Source: Bacteroidales bacterium
GTDB taxonomy: Bacteria > Bacteroidota > Bacteroidia > Bacteroidales > WRLA01
Assembly (NCBI GenBank): GCA_965230045.1
Contig: OZ245940.1
Span: 1,999,403-2,063,402 of the forward strand
Length of the DNA: 64,000 bases
Direction: 5' to 3'
In this document: piece by piece, positions 1 through 7,307 of the stretch
How positions within the stretch are numbered: position 1 is the stretch's first letter
Layout of the letters: every line of letters begins with the position of its first letter
The notes under the pieces: model-generated
The model's input: only the letters and a program-made list of their open reading frames with translations
What the model was told of the DNA's origin: nothing
Database searches by the model: none
Program-made: the position numbers and the translations under genes

Positions 1-135
1 AGCTTACTAAAGTAAGTGACTGGTTTCAATACCAAGAATAACGCTGAGATCGGACATTATGGACAAGCACTATTTAGTGTCTGTCTATAAAGTCGGGTTT
101 CTGATTCAGAATGTTCGAGGTCGAGGCATTTCTTT
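1..135. mobile_element. Two abutting fragments of MITE family A (subtype A1): the right part of one copy (1..70, cut by the window edge), a TATTTA junction (71..76), and the left ~57 bp of a second copy (77..~135)
   Basis: 1..70 matches the right half of the complete copies at 29554..29696 and 46931..47073 (cttactaaagtaag loop, aacgctgagatcggacattatggac terminus). 77.. starts with the family terminus gtgtctgtctataaagtcggg...gaggtcgaggcat and then breaks off. Confidence 0.6.
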
Positions 136-140
136 TTGAT

Positions 141-627
141 ATTTCACTATTGTTCGAGCATCATATCAGGAAGTTGCTAAAACAAAGGTTTATGCTTTTC
201 CCAAAAAAAATTCTGTATCCCAAACGGCATATATGAAAACAATATTTATCCTGACGTCGTTATTGATTATGGCAATGATTGTATTGGAGTCTATGATGTG
301 AAGTATAAAAAGTTTGATTTTTTAAATGGCGTTAATCGTGAAGACAGATTTCAGTTAATAACTTATGCTGCCTCATATCTTAGAAAATACAAAATTATTG
401 ACAGTGGAATCATATACCCTATTGGTGAATCAAATTGTGATAAAATCAATGCTATAAAACCTCAGTATCTTTGGGTTGGTAATATTAAGATTCCTTTTAA
501 GGTCAGGTTTTATAAAATCAAGCAAGATATTGCTTGGCAAAGGATAGTTGGTAATAATTTTTTGGATAAATTCTTTTGCAATTTGAAAGAAATTACTTCT
601 TCTACGGAAGAGAAATTGATTAATTGA
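141..627 (+). pseudogene. McrC-like / PD-(D/E)XK restriction-endonuclease C-terminal remnant, 5'-truncated by the MITEs and frameshifted
   Basis: Frame 1 reads ...NIYPDVVIDYGNDCIGVYDVKYKKFDF...REDRFQLITYA, a D...D-x-K core followed by a Q-x-x-x-Y motif as in McrC-type nucleases. Upstream, frame 3 reads LFEHHIRKLLKQRFMLFPKK up to an A8 run (203..210). No N-terminal half is present. Confidence 0.4.
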
Positions 628-639
628 AAAACACCATCT

Positions 640-1548
640 ATGTCCCAACAAGGCACCATAAAACGATATACGCTCATTATTGAGAAGATCAATAACGGAC
701 AGTTTCCTGGTTTTGAAGAGATCAGGAGCTTCCTTTTTGAACAGGGTTTTGAAGTCAGTAAGCGAACCGTGCAGCGCGATATTGAGCAAATACGCACGGA
801 GTTTGGGCTGGAGATTGTATATGAGCGCCATAGGAACGGTTACTTTATCGACTTTGAGGAAAGCTACAATACAGATGCCTTTTTTCGCTTTCTGGAAATT
901 GTAAATACGGCTGAAATGCTCAAAACAAGCCTCTCGGAGAGCAAAGAAAGCCTGCGCTATATTTCTTTTGATGATGGTGGAGGATTGCGGGGCGTTTCTC
1001 AACTGGGACCTTTGCTCAAAGCTGTACGCGAGAAATGCTATATTTCATTTCGGCATCAAAGCTATTTCAGGGATAAAGCCAGGCGATACACCATAAAACC
1101 CTATTTGCTGAGGGAGTATCTGAACCGCTGGTATGTTATTGGGCTGATCGGGCCAATGAAAGAATTCCGGACTTTTGGCATCGACCGGATCACCGAACTG
1201 GAAGTGAAAGCAAAATCTTTTGAGCCTCATGCCGAGCTGGATGCGCGGGAAGCTTTCCGGAATATTATTGGCTTGGTTTATTCAATGAGCGCTGTGCAAT
1301 CTGTTATCCTTTCTTTCACCCCGGAGCAGGGAAAATACATTAAGAGCCTGCCTTTGCATCACAGCCAGGAGGTTTTGATTGACGATGAAAAAGAATGCCG
1401 CATCAAGCTGAGAGTCATTCCAAATTTAGAACTCAAACAGCAAATCCTGATGCAGGGAGATCGCGTAAAGGTGATTGAGCCTCAGTGGCTGGTGGAGGAA
1501 ATCAAGGAAATTTTATTAAAAAGCCTGGAACGATATTCCTCAGAATAA
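640..1548 (+). CDS. WYL-domain transcriptional regulator (N-terminal wHTH + WYL + C-terminal extension)
   Basis: HTH segment SKRTVQRDIEQIRTEFG. WYL-type segment RYTIKPYLLREYLNRWYVIGL...FRTFGIDRI. C-terminal KVIEPQWLVEEIKE. Starts 12 nt after the upstream ORF stop. Confidence 0.85.
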   Translation: MSQQGTIKRYTLIIEKINNGQFPGFEEIRSFLFEQGFEVSKRTVQRDIEQIRTEFGLEIVYERHRNGYFIDFEESYNTDAFFRFLEIVNTAEMLKTSLSESKESLRYISFDDGGGLRGVSQLGPLLKAVREKCYISFRHQSYFRDKARRYTIKPYLLREYLNRWYVIGLIGPMKEFRTFGIDRITELEVKAKSFEPHAELDAREAFRNIIGLVYSMSAVQSVILSFTPEQGKYIKSLPLHHSQEVLIDDEKECRIKLRVIPNLELKQQILMQGDRVKVIEPQWLVEEIKEILLKSLERYSSE

Positions 1549-1566
1549 TTTTGTTTTTCGCTTGAA

Positions 1567-1602
1567 TACGCCATAGTTTGGCGTAGTACAGGGATAATTT
1601 TG
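1567..1602 (+). promoter_or_regulatory. Putative promoter/operator of the ATPase-protease operon: inverted repeat TACGCCA-N5-TGGCGTA (1567..1585) and a Bacteroidota-type -7 box TAATTTTG (1595..1602)
   Basis: The palindrome was read directly. TAATTTTG fits TAnnTTTG and lies 18 nt upstream of the ATG at 1620. Confidence 0.35.
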
Positions 1603-1619
1603 TCATCGATAAAAATAAT

Positions 1620-3665
1620 ATGATGGCAAAAGAAAACAATCAATCAAAACACATTCAACAGAAATACAAAGTCCTTGAGAATGCAAGGCAAACCCTCAAA
1701 AAAGAATTCATTGGCATAGATGGGATTATTGATGAAATCATTGAAAATGTAAGTGCCTGGTATTTGATGCCGCAACTTTTGGAGCGTCCGGTTGTGATCA
1801 ACCTTTGGGGTCTGACCGGAGTAGGAAAAACATCGGTGGTCAACCGTTTGGCCGAACTGCTCGATTATAAGAGTTTATACTACCGCTTCGATTTAGGCGA
1901 AAAAGAAAAGGGATATTCATTTGGGAGTACAGTGGATGAAATTAAAGAAAATGAAGAAGAAGAACCCATAATTTTCGCTCTGGATGAAATTCAGCAATGT
2001 CGGACAAAAATAGCTTCACGTCCTACTTTTCAGGACAAAAACCGGATGGTTTGGGATTTACTGGATAACGGCAAAATACAGTTTGTTGAATACTCACACG
2101 AACTTTGGCGAATTAAAAACCTGACATGGCGGCTCTACCAATTCATATTATTGGGCATCAAAGTAAAAGACGGCATTGTTTGTAGTCATAAGCAACAATA
2201 TCGGGATGAATTTGATGTGGATGATGATGAAGCGATTCTGCGTTTTATTCCGGAAAAGTATTATACATACATTATCAATCTGGCAGGCGATAAATTAAAT
2301 TTAAGCCTAAAGCAGGATCTTGAGAAAATCCTTTTGTCTGGAACCGCTGAAGAAAATATACAATTCCTTAAAAAAGTCATTAAAATAGGAAACGGGCCAA
2401 AAGTGGCGAATTTTTCAAAAGCTCTGATTTTTGTTTTGGGTAACCTGGATGAGGCATATAGCATGAGCGGCAATTACAGCTCTGATATGGATGCAGATGT
2501 TTTCCACCGTCTGTCAATCAAATTAAACGTTCCCAGAATCAAAAGTACCCTGGGCAAAATGTTTCGGGACGAACAGGTTGCCCGCCTTGGCAATATCCAT
2601 ATTATCTATCCGGCACTGAGCCGGAATTCCTATGAGCTGATTATTAAAAAAGAGCTTCATCAGCTTGCTCTTCAATTAAACAAACACTTTAATGTTCTGA
2701 TCGAATTTAGCGACAGTATTCATCAACTCATCTATGAAGAAGGTGTTTACCCCAGCCAGGGTGTTCGTCCGGTTTTTACCACCATTCATCAGATATTAAA
2801 AAGTACATGCAGTAACTTTTATGCGCAGATTTTAGCAAAAAATATAGATGCCGACAAACTTTTGTTTGAGCGTGCCGGCAACAAAATAAGGTGTATCTGC
2901 AAAAAGCTGAATCAAAGTGTATTTATACTGGAGTCAACCATAAAAACTTCCCTGGGCGATTTGCGCAAAAACAGAATGGACGATTTACAAGCAATTACTG
3001 CTGTTCACGAAAGTGGCCACGCTGTTTTATCCATTTCTTTGCTGGGAACAATTCCTGAAGCTGTTTATTCGGTCAGCTCCGATGCGGACAAGCATGGTTT
3101 TGTTTATTTCGAAGATGAATGGCCATTTATACCTCGCAAAGAAATCACGGCACGGGCAGCCGTATTGCTTGGAGGTTTTGTTGCTGAAAAGCTGATTTTT
3201 GGTCAGGAAAACCAAACCAATGGTTCCGAATCGGATATAAGCAAAGCAACTCAACTATTGCAATTTGCTTTTGCTAACTCAGGATTTGGAAAGCATCCCA
3301 TTCAATATGGTTTGCCGGTTTACGAGACGAAGGAAACCTACCATAATTATCAGGAAATGGAGGCTCAGGTCAAGGAGAGCCTGCAGAAATCTCTTCAACT
3401 GGCAGAACAGTGCCTCCAAAAGGAGTTTGCCCTCTTGCTAAAAATGTCTGATTACTTAAGTAAAAACAGCGTTCTTTCAAAAGCAAAAATCAAAGAATTA
3501 ACTGAAAAATACCTACAGGGATCAGGCGCTGAAAATGATAAATGGAACAGCTCTTTTTATCGGGATCAACTAAAAAACAAAATCCGGGAGTACGGAGACG
3601 AAGAACCTAACAATAAAGCAGTAGGTAATTCATTGATACTCAATAGCGATAAGAATACAGCCTAA
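1620..3665 (+). CDS. Soluble P-loop AAA+-type ATPase fused to an FtsH-type (M41) zinc metalloprotease domain; no TM segment
   Basis: Walker A LWGLTGVGKTS (K70, nt 1827..1829). Walker B PIIFALDEIQ. Lid-like MFRDEQVARLGNIHIIYPAL. Protease half: ITAVHESGHAV (HESGH at nt 3006..3020), AAVLLGGFVAEKLIFG, GSESDISKATQLL. These parallel FtsH HEAGHA / LLGGRAAEE / ASNDIxxAT. Confidence 0.85.
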   Translation: MMAKENNQSKHIQQKYKVLENARQTLKKEFIGIDGIIDEIIENVSAWYLMPQLLERPVVINLWGLTGVGKTSVVNRLAELLDYKSLYYRFDLGEKEKGYSFGSTVDEIKENEEEEPIIFALDEIQQCRTKIASRPTFQDKNRMVWDLLDNGKIQFVEYSHELWRIKNLTWRLYQFILLGIKVKDGIVCSHKQQYRDEFDVDDDEAILRFIPEKYYTYIINLAGDKLNLSLKQDLEKILLSGTAEENIQFLKKVIKIGNGPKVANFSKALIFVLGNLDEAYSMSGNYSSDMDADVFHRLSIKLNVPRIKSTLGKMFRDEQVARLGNIHIIYPALSRNSYELIIKKELHQLALQLNKHFNVLIEFSDSIHQLIYEEGVYPSQGVRPVFTTIHQILKSTCSNFYAQILAKNIDADKLLFERAGNKIRCICKKLNQSVFILESTIKTSLGDLRKNRMDDLQAITAVHESGHAVLSISLLGTIPEAVYSVSSDADKHGFVYFEDEWPFIPRKEITARAAVLLGGFVAEKLIFGQENQTNGSESDISKATQLLQFAFANSGFGKHPIQYGLPVYETKETYHNYQEMEAQVKESLQKSLQLAEQCLQKEFALLLKMSDYLSKNSVLSKAKIKELTEKYLQGSGAENDKWNSSFYRDQLKNKIREYGDEEPNNKAVGNSLILNSDKNTA

Positions 3666-3669
3666 AAAT

Positions 3670-4665
3670 ATGCAAGCCAAACTAATACCTTTGAAGAAAG
3701 TTTTTGAGAAGCATAATCTTTACAGGCTTTTTGATATTGACTTCGATAAGGCAGAGACGGTAGTGTGGCTATACAGACATGAACAACGTCTTTTCTGTCT
3801 CTTTAAATCCAAGGGCAAGTACCTGCTTCTTCATACCGATGGTTACCATTTTTGGTGTCGGGATACTGTCTATTGGGAGTATTACATTTATGATTCCTTG
3901 CATGAATCCTTCCGGAACATCAATCAGTTGTTTTACGATAGCATACCTTATTATGGTGTATGTAATCAAAGTAGAAGACAACTGGAGTATTGGATGAATA
4001 TAATCCCGGTTTGGGCAATATTGAGACCCAGATATTTATCAGTAATAGCCAGGGCGTATATACATGATCGTTTATCAAGCTTACAGGATACACCTAATTC
4101 AAATGAAGTGGCCTGGTTTGTGGATTCTGTGTATAAAATTTTCTGGAAAGAGTATTTTTTCAAAAAAAGCAGTAGCCAAATTGCTTCAATTCAGCCAATA
4201 TTACAGGATTTGGTCATAAAATGTATCGCTAAGAAAAAGTATCATGAAATTTACAAAAAAATTTGCAATGTAAAGACCGGATCATTTGTAATTGACTCTT
4301 TTACTTTGATTTATGATGATTGCAGTCAGATAGAATTTGAGATGGAAAGACAAAGATACAAGGAGATGATCAAGATATCGCCGGGAGATTACTCAGATTT
4401 TCTGATCAAAGAGGAGCAAATTCGGTCTAGTGACCAATTTTTGAATGAGCTTGAATGTAGCAATGGTGTAAAATTTACAAGTATAAAATTAAGGATTGAA
4501 TACGATTTGTACATTGATGGTTCGATGGAATTTGAGTACGATCAATACACGAATAAACTTGGTGAAAGATTTCGAGCCATTTATTATCAGATTGTTAAAG
4601 AGAAAATAATTGATGAAGATAGTATAGAAAACATGCCCATTTATAAGTTATTGAAGGGGACGTAG
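3670..4665 (+). CDS. Hypothetical 331-aa protein, operonic partner of the ATPase-protease
   Basis: A long ORF starting 4 nt after the upstream stop. Visibly rich in W/Y/F. No signal peptide, TM segment or catalytic motif recognised. Confidence 0.7.
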   Translation: MQAKLIPLKKVFEKHNLYRLFDIDFDKAETVVWLYRHEQRLFCLFKSKGKYLLLHTDGYHFWCRDTVYWEYYIYDSLHESFRNINQLFYDSIPYYGVCNQSRRQLEYWMNIIPVWAILRPRYLSVIARAYIHDRLSSLQDTPNSNEVAWFVDSVYKIFWKEYFFKKSSSQIASIQPILQDLVIKCIAKKKYHEIYKKICNVKTGSFVIDSFTLIYDDCSQIEFEMERQRYKEMIKISPGDYSDFLIKEEQIRSSDQFLNELECSNGVKFTSIKLRIEYDLYIDGSMEFEYDQYTNKLGERFRAIYYQIVKEKIIDEDSIENMPIYKLLKGT

Positions 4666-4704
4666 CATTGAAGCCCTGCGGGAAAGTGTGTAATTTAGCC
4701 CTGT

Positions 4705-6097
4705 GGGAGTATTCAGAAAAGTGTGTCAGCTGCTTGCCCTGCAACGCCCTGGAGCCTTGGCGGAAGGGCGTTGCAGGGCAAATATAAGCAATTATAAATA
4801 GCGGGCATAACGGTCTCCAAATTTTTCGATGAGTTCTCTCTGTATGGACCCCCAATTGAAGGCCTTGCGCTTCCAGCTTTTTTTGTTGTGCATCAATGCT
4901 AGATACAGCTGTTTTATCAGTCCTTTGTCGTTGCTCCAGGCTCCTTTGGACTTGGTTATCTTGCGCATAATACGATGCACTGCCTCAACTGGATTGGTGG
5001 TGTAGATCATCCGCCTGATATGATGCCCATAGTCCATAAACGCCATCAGTTCCTCCCAGTTTTCCTCCCATTTTGGACGGATGTTTTTGTATTTGCCGTC
5101 CCATTTCTGTCCAAATGATATTAAAGCTGTTTCGGCTTGTTGCCTGTTTGCTGCTGTATAGATCTTACGCAGATCAGAGCAAAGAGCCTTCCTGTCTTTG
5201 TCGCTTACAAAGCGGGTAGATGTGCGTACCATATGCACTATGCAGCGCTGTACAATGGCTTTGGGATAAACCTGGCCTATAACCCCGGAAAAGCCTTTAA
5301 GCCCATCTACACAAAAAAACAAAACTTCCTCTACGCCACGTTCCTTAAGGTCTTCCAGGATCATGCCCCACTGGTTGGCCCCTTCTGATTCGTTTATGTA
5401 AAGCCCAAGGATATCGCGTTGGCCTTCAGCGTCTATGCCATAACATGTATAGATGGCTTTGCTGATAATATGACCCGCTTCGCGGACTTTAAAGTGAACA
5501 GCATCAAGGTATATGACACTGTAGCACGGAAATAGCAACCGCTGCTGCCATTGGGTAATTTCAGGCCATACACGGTCGGTTACCGAACTGATTACTCCGG
5601 CGCTTATTTCAAGCCCATATAGGTGCTGCAACTGGTAGCGCACATCCTCAACTGATTGACCGCGGGCGTATAGGCTTAGGATTATTTCATCTACCCCGTT
5701 CCCAAGGTCCCTGTCCCACTTTTTAACCAAAATCGGCTCATGGTCGCCTTGGCGGTCACGCGGCGTGCGTACCTGCAGCGCTCCGGCAGCACTGCGTACT
5801 TTTTTCTCCGTATAGCCATTGCGCCGGTTGCCGCTGTCAACCTTTTGGCTTAAACTATGATTTATCTCGCCCTCTAAGGCTGCATTTACCATAGTTTGAA
5901 GCATCTCGCTGAAAACACTGCCTTCTCCAAATAAGGATTCTCCACTGTATAAGCGACTTAGTACTCTTTCTCGTAAATGCGCATCTGGTATCAACTCTTC
6001 CATGCGCGGGGATTTCTTGTTTTTCTTTCTTGTCATGTGTCAAATGTATTAATTCAGTTCTAATTCCCAAACATGACACACTTTTTTGAACAGCCTC
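4705..6097 (-). mobile_element. Intact IS256-family insertion sequence (1393 bp) with an 8-bp target-site duplication AGCCCTGT
   Basis: Direct repeats AGCCCTGT at 4697..4704 and 6098..6105. Imperfect terminal inverted repeats gggagtattcagaaaagtgtgtca / gaggctgttcaaaaaagtgtgtca (19 of 24 positions match). Confidence 0.9.
4792..6036 (-). CDS. IS256-family (mutator-type) transposase
   Basis: Typical IS256 segments: YLDAVHFKVRE...AIYTCYGIDAEGQRDILGLY, FFCVDGLKGF, VQRCIVHMVR, YTTNPVEAVHR. Confidence 0.95.
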   Translation of the reverse strand: MTRKKNKKSPRMEELIPDAHLRERVLSRLYSGESLFGEGSVFSEMLQTMVNAALEGEINHSLSQKVDSGNRRNGYTEKKVRSAAGALQVRTPRDRQGDHEPILVKKWDRDLGNGVDEIILSLYARGQSVEDVRYQLQHLYGLEISAGVISSVTDRVWPEITQWQQRLLFPCYSVIYLDAVHFKVREAGHIISKAIYTCYGIDAEGQRDILGLYINESEGANQWGMILEDLKERGVEEVLFFCVDGLKGFSGVIGQVYPKAIVQRCIVHMVRTSTRFVSDKDRKALCSDLRKIYTAANRQQAETALISFGQKWDGKYKNIRPKWEENWEELMAFMDYGHHIRRMIYTTNPVEAVHRIMRKITKSKGAWSNDKGLIKQLYLALMHNKKSWKRKAFNWGSIQRELIEKFGDRYARYL

Positions 6098-6173
6098 AGC
6101 CCTGTACTAAGAAGTGAGACCATTATAACTGTTACTCATTAGGTAAACAAGCTCAATTATTTTCATTTATAAT

Positions 6174-6668
6174 TTAGAATGAGTCAAATCCTTTTTGTGT
6201 TAAAACCATGCAAAAAACATGTCTGTCTTCAGTTGTAATTAAATCATTTTCAACCAATCTCTCAATTGCTCTTTCAATCAAAGCATTTTCTTTAGGATTT
6301 AACCATTTACTTAAGTTAAAGTTAATCCATCTATAATCGACAACATGATTAACTTTTGAATTAGTATCAGCAAATTGTTGCATAATTATACTACCAATTC
6401 TTTCAATTACTTCATCTTCATTAATTGGGTAGATTGCATCAAATCCTTTCTCAGTCAAAACTAAACAGAATCCACTTCTGTCATCGGTTTTTATTAAACC
6501 ATCATTTACTAAATCATTAATTGCTGGATTAATTAAATTTTGCTCTTTGGCGTTTAACTGTCTTAATAGTACTTGGTTTATCCACCTTTCTTGAATTACG
6601 TGCTTGGGTTTTGAATTTGTTTCTACAAACTGATTCATTATCAAATTTGCAATATCATTTTGTGTCAT
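6174..6668 (-). CDS. Hypothetical protein built from two tandem ~80-aa repeats
   Basis: The two halves align (QFVETNSKPKHVIQERWIN...LVNDGLIKTDDRSGFCLVLTEKGFD versus QFADTNSKVNHVVDYRWIN...LVENDLITTEDRHVFCMVLTQKGFD). The DNA is AT-rich relative to its neighbours. Confidence 0.65.
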   Translation of the reverse strand: MTQNDIANLIMNQFVETNSKPKHVIQERWINQVLLRQLNAKEQNLINPAINDLVNDGLIKTDDRSGFCLVLTEKGFDAIYPINEDEVIERIGSIIMQQFADTNSKVNHVVDYRWINFNLSKWLNPKENALIERAIERLVENDLITTEDRHVFCMVLTQKGFDSF

Positions 6669-6867
6669 GTTTTATTGTTTTATAATTAATTCTACTTTAC
6701 GAACTTAATTTTTGTGGTTTAATGGTCTAATTTGCTTTAAACGAGTAAAAAGGGTTGAAAGATGGATATTCCGGACTAAACCGACCCACCCGACCGGCTG
6801 AAATAAACAGCAATAAAAAGCCATCAAAGACTGCCAATCCGGCGAATACTGCCCCATTGAAACGGAA

Positions 6868-6946
6868 AAAGGTACTTCAGGCAAACAAATCCGGGCTATG
6901 TTGACCCTTATTTATCGCTTTTTTTTGCCCGGCACGCAATCACAAG
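6868..6946. repeat. 79-bp direct repeat, copy 1 (partner at 8382..8460)
   Basis: aaaggtacttcaggcaaacaaatccgggctatgttgacccttatttatcgcttttttttgcccggcacgcaatcacaag versus the near-identical string at 8382..8460. Confidence 0.8.
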
Positions 6947-7303
6947 TTTGTTAATTTCTTCGATACTTAAGCCGGTGATTTCCTGGATAATATCAATTTC
7001 CATTCCTTTAAGGAGCAGATTCCTTGCTAAGGATAATTTTTCTTCTTTTCTGCCTTCTTCCCTGCCTTTAATTAGTGTTTGTCCATAGAGTCGAGAGTTT
7101 GCTCTATAAAGTTCAAATTCAAGGCGTGTGAAAAATCTAAACCGCAGTATACTAGGGTATATGAGGATTTAGATTTTGAGCAACAACGCAGAAGTTGGAC
7201 TTTATAGACGAACTCTAATTAGCCCCTTTTCTTCTGCCCAGTCAATGGAGTTTTTGATATCGTTGAGGATATCCGGATTGAAATTGTATTTTCTCCCGGT
7301 CAT
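6908..7303 (-). pseudogene. Truncated Rpn-family C-terminal paralogue, split by a MITE
   Basis: Reads MTGRKYNFNPDILNDIKNSIDWAEEKGLI, then the MITE, then KGREEGRKEEKLSLARNLLLKGMEIDIIQEITGLSIEE. This matches the C-terminus of the intact neighbour at 7308..8270. Confidence 0.7.
7075..7215. mobile_element. MITE family A, subtype A3, with a TAATTA target duplication (7069..7074 and 7216..7221)
   Basis: Termini gtgtttgtccatagagtcg ... ggactttatagacgaactc. The same element occurs at 29703..29843. The uninterrupted homologous site is at 7532..7537. Confidence 0.85.
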
Positions 7304-7307
7304 TGTC

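Noticed and set aside
430-1002. 190-aa ORF on the minus strand
   Set aside because: It lies entirely antisense to the well-supported WYL regulator gene and has no motifs. It is a typical shadow ORF.
1620-3665. Annotating the 681-aa protein as the housekeeping ftsH gene
   Set aside because: It has no N-terminal TM helices or periplasmic domain, its ATPase module is not of the FtsH type, and it sits in an accessory island. Only the M41 protease half resembles FtsH.
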